Source of the DNA: Promethearchaeota archaeon
GTDB lineage: Archaea > Asgardarchaeota > Lokiarchaeia > Sigyniarchaeales > SOKP01
DNA length: 64,000 bases
Assembly (NCBI GenBank): GCA_008080735.1
Contig: SHMW01000011.1
Location: forward strand, 23,085 to 87,084
Direction: 5' to 3'
How positions within the stretch are numbered: position 1 is the stretch's first letter; each line of letters opens with the position of its first letter. Made by a program: the position numbers and the translations under genes. Below the pieces are notes generated by a model, which worked only from the letters and a program-made list of their open reading frames with translations, was not told the origin of the DNA and made no database searches. Below are positions 60,931 to 64,000 of the stretch, piece by piece.

Positions 60931-61001
60931 TATTTTCGCAATTTATTTAACGAATTTTTAATTTCATTATTCAAGATATACTAACTCAAAATTGTGAAAT
61001 T

Positions 61002-61943
61002 ATGAAAGTAGAAAAATCAAGTCAAGATCTTGAAAGTGAAGTTATATTTGCTGGTTTGTGTATTCATTGTGGAAGTTGTAATGCATTCTGCCCACATATG
61101 GCATTTAGTGAAGAGACGGGGCAAGCTTATGTAGTCGATGAATGTGCTGAAACAGTTGGCTTATGTTATAATGCATGTCCACGCTCATTTTTACCTGTGA
61201 GTGAAATCGAAAAACGATTTTTCGGAGAGACCCGAGTTGATTTGGGAGTAGGGGTTTACAAGGACATTATCCAAGTTAAGTCCGCGAATAAAGATGAGAT
61301 CTTATTTAATCTTGTCCAAGCGGCATTTGATGAAGGCGCAGTAGAACATATGGTATTGGGAGAACAAAAAAGCAAGAAACCTCCTGTTGCTTTCCCTGTT
61401 GTAGTGGATGGCCCTAAAGACGCGAAAAAATATATCCCTTCAAGCACTATGGAAAATGCGGGTCCGTTAATTACGGGCATCGGACAAGCGTACTTAGATA
61501 AGAAAAAGAATGTGGGAATTATTGCGAATCCATGCCATCTTCAAGGCTTAGCAAAGCTACTTACCAACGATTTCAATACGGGCGCCCGAGAAACCGTCTC
61601 GCTTAAGATTGCATATGCGTGTTCTTCAGGTGGGATGGCAGGATGCCGCTATTGTACCGATTTCTCTGGAGAATTCTCAGATGTCTCATACTCTCCATGG
61701 GGTGCTCCAAAAGGAGAAGCCCTGCTCATCATTAGAACTGAATTGGGAAAGAAGGTTGTTGACGCCGCCGTAAAAAGTAAATTACTTGAAATAACTGAAA
61801 AGAATCCAGATCTGAGCGAAATGAAAAAATTCTTGAATAAGAAGCGCAAGAAAAATTTCAAGACGCTCATTGGAGATTCAATCATCGCAGCAAAATATCT
61901 GGAGCTAAACCTCGAAGAACTGGAAGAACTCCTCGGGGAATAA
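61002..61943 (+). CDS. coenzyme F420 hydrogenase/dehydrogenase beta subunit (FrhB-like)
   Basis: CIHCGSCNAFCP, LCYNACPR, PCH, GCRYCTDF..E.SD.S and IIRTELG motifs. Confidence 0.85.
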   Translation: MKVEKSSQDLESEVIFAGLCIHCGSCNAFCPHMAFSEETGQAYVVDECAETVGLCYNACPRSFLPVSEIEKRFFGETRVDLGVGVYKDIIQVKSANKDEILFNLVQAAFDEGAVEHMVLGEQKSKKPPVAFPVVVDGPKDAKKYIPSSTMENAGPLITGIGQAYLDKKKNVGIIANPCHLQGLAKLLTNDFNTGARETVSLKIAYACSSGGMAGCRYCTDFSGEFSDVSYSPWGAPKGEALLIIRTELGKKVVDAAVKSKLLEITEKNPDLSEMKKFLNKKRKKNFKTLIGDSIIAAKYLELNLEELEELLGE

Positions 61944-62082
61944 ACCCTCAAATTTGTTCATTCTCCTTACTTTATTTTTTTAATCTCTTTTATATATCTT
62001 ACCTTGTCTATTTAAAATTGAGGGCTATCAATATAACAAATTCCATAGAATTAGTTTAAGTTTAATAGCTCTTAGTTATACA

Positions 62083-62652
62083 TTAGAGTGAAATTTCTTG
62101 TTTATGAATAATTCTGTGAGTCAAATTCTCAAAAACTTCTTGTATATTATACCCTGTTTTTGAAGAAGTTTCAAAAAAGGCGTCAATGTTGTATTCTTCT
62201 TGAAATTCTTTCGCATCTTCTCGGCTGACGACGCGCTTTTCATCGCCGAGATCGTGTTTACAACCCACTAATACAAAGACGGGATTTGAATGTTCATCAA
62301 TAATGTTATACCACTCTTTCAAATTATTGAATGTGGATCGACGTGCGATATCATAACAGAGGAGCACGCCTTTTGCTCCTCGAGAATAATTAGGTAAGAA
62401 AAATCGGAATCGTTTCTCACCCGCAAAGTCCCATAATTGAAGGATGATCTTTTTATTCTTGATATTGACAGAATGTGTGGCTAAATCTGTACCGATGGTA
62501 ATCTTTTGTTCGATATATTTTCCCGTTAGTAAGCGCTTAACCAGTGTCGTCTTTCCGACCCCTCCATCACCGATAATACACACCTTGAATAAAAGTTTTC
62601 TCGAAGGAACTGTTTCTCTTGTCTCCTCACCATTCATATTGGAAGAACTCAC
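62083..62652 (-). CDS. Rab-like small GTPase
   Basis: FKVCIIGDGGVGKT, TIG.D, LQLWDFAGE.RF, CKHD and ETSSK motifs; no C-terminal Cys prenylation motif. Confidence 0.92.
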   Translation of the reverse strand: MSSSNMNGEETRETVPSRKLLFKVCIIGDGGVGKTTLVKRLLTGKYIEQKITIGTDLATHSVNIKNKKIILQLWDFAGEKRFRFFLPNYSRGAKGVLLCYDIARRSTFNNLKEWYNIIDEHSNPVFVLVGCKHDLGDEKRVVSREDAKEFQEEYNIDAFFETSSKTGYNIQEVFENLTHRIIHKQEISL

Positions 62653-62781
62653 TTAAATTTGCTTGTTGCTATTTAACTATTTATATAAAAAATGATATAA
62701 AAATTTTTTTAGCTATATTGCTAAAACGCCGAAATTCAGTATTTTTTTACAAATTATATAAATTAAAATCAAAAGTTAAAT

Positions 62782-63669
62782 TTATTCTAAATTTGACTCT
62801 TTTAAAAGCTTTTTATTAAGCATTCTTAGTTGTTCTAAAATGAGTAGACGCAAATTTTTAGGAACTTTATCTAGAAGTTCAAATAATTTATCGGGTTTTA
62901 TTTGATTGATATTTCTGTATACCAAATAGAGCAGTAATACGGTGATAAATGGGGAGGCAATCAATATCAAGAATACAAAATAGTGTAAATAGAGAGGTGG
63001 CGAACTCTCGAGACCAGACCCAGGGAGATCGTAGCTAAAGCCTGGCATTCCTCCAAAATATGTAAATAAAGTTAATATGAGATTTAAAAACGTGAGAGCA
63101 AGGAATGAATATAGACTAATATATGTAATATGTTTGAAAAAGTTGATGTCCAAGAATTCTATTAAGTTATCATAGACTTCGACTTTTCGGGTTAATTCTT
63201 CAGTTCCTCTCTCAATTTCAACTTTAATTTGACAATACTTCCAAATATCAATAAAAATCCAGAAAAAGGTAAAATTGTAGATAAATATAAAGAGTATGAC
63301 AAAGAAAACACTATAATTATCAATTAATTGAGGGTGATATAATGATTCTGCTCCAATCCAAAACAGGAAAATTTGTAAGAGCAAGGCAGAGAATATAAAT
63401 CGATTAGCATGTTTTCTTTCTGACCCTAATGGACTATAAGAGACAGGACTGTCTTGAAATTTGGTACGCCATTTATTTTCATCCACCAGTCTGAAAAAAA
63501 ACCCAATTAAAAATGTCATTAGTGGAAACAATAGTAACAAGAAATTATTCCATTCTTGCGAGATAGTAAATAGAAATAAACTTACGAATAAGATTAAATC
63601 TCTCATTGTTCGTTCAGAAAATATTTGTCTTATTGATAAGTATGGGGCGAGACTTTCTTGATTATTCAT
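62782..63669 (-). CDS. hypothetical multi-pass membrane protein
   Basis: About six hydrophobic helices. Confidence 0.75.
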   Translation of the reverse strand: MNNQESLAPYLSIRQIFSERTMRDLILFVSLFLFTISQEWNNFLLLLFPLMTFLIGFFFRLVDENKWRTKFQDSPVSYSPLGSERKHANRFIFSALLLQIFLFWIGAESLYHPQLIDNYSVFFVILFIFIYNFTFFWIFIDIWKYCQIKVEIERGTEELTRKVEVYDNLIEFLDINFFKHITYISLYSFLALTFLNLILTLFTYFGGMPGFSYDLPGSGLESSPPLYLHYFVFLILIASPFITVLLLYLVYRNINQIKPDKLFELLDKVPKNLRLLILEQLRMLNKKLLKESNLE

Positions 63670-63786
63670 ATTAGATACACGGTCTTTTAAAAGAATACAA
63701 ATTTTTATTTACTCTATTGTAATGCATTTGGAGTGCACATCTCTTTTGACCTCAACACTTTCGTGAATCGGTATTATTTAGTACTA

Positions 63787-63999
63787 CTACACATAGGCAG
63801 TTTGAGTCATTGCTAAAAAACTTTTGGGACTCATTTGATACCTTTGTGGCTTGATCTTGCTTTTGTTTACCCTTTCTTTCCTTTTTACCTCTTTTGTGGG
63901 GTGCCCGTTTGAGGGGGAAAACCTTATGGGTGGGGTTATGATAAATTTGGTAACCTTTTGCCTTGCTTGATCGGGTAGGCGTTTGCGAGGATTGGAAAC
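63787..63999 (-). CDS. partial CDS (basic C-terminal tail) entering from the window edge
   Basis: Frame VSNPRKRLPDQ...QTAYV-TAG is open; a second frame is also open, so the assignment is uncertain. Confidence 0.25.
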   Translation of the reverse strand, partial: VSNPRKRLPDQARQKVTKFIITPPIRFSPSNGHPTKEVKRKERVNKSKIKPQRYQMSPKSFLAMTQTAYV

Positions 64000-64000
64000 C

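Noticed and set aside
1-64000. tRNA, rRNA, CRISPR array, SECIS-dependent selenoprotein
   Set aside because: Intergenic regions are short and very AT-rich. By eye I saw no cloverleaf, repeat-spacer array or TGA-interrupted gene; a covariance-model scan was not run.

Overview
AT-rich archaeal window, most consistent with an Asgard archaeon (Lokiarchaeia-like). This is inferred from TFB, archaeal/eukaryotic-type GlyRS, the H4MPT C1 enzymes Ftr/Mtd/Mch, an FrhB-like protein, and eukaryotic-signature proteins (Rag-like and Rab-like GTPases, a longin/roadblock-like protein, a presenilin-like protease). The first ~23 kb is a lipid/acyl-CoA catabolic region: CrtI-like oxidoreductase, ferredoxin reductase, SCP2, tungsten AOR, Fe-ADH, two paralogous thiolase-thiolase-DUF35-DUF35 cassettes, crotonase, CoA ligase, BKACE and acyl-CoA dehydrogenase. 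The rest is mixed housekeeping and hypothetical genes. Key finding: the thiolase-family gene at 11328-12521 (minus strand) is interrupted by a 30-nt element (12333-12362) that carries an in-frame TAA and folds into a canonical bulge-helix-bulge (BHB) motif. Cutting at the standard BHB positions restores a 387-aa open frame, which points to a tRNA-splicing-endonuclease-type intron in a metabolic mRNA. Other points: an uncalled winged-helix ORF apparently starting at ATT, an 8-nt duplication frameshift, a zinc-ribbon insertion in MTAP, and a structured in-frame insertion in another thiolase. No rRNA, tRNA or CRISPR array was seen. All family calls come from motif recognition by eye, not database searches.
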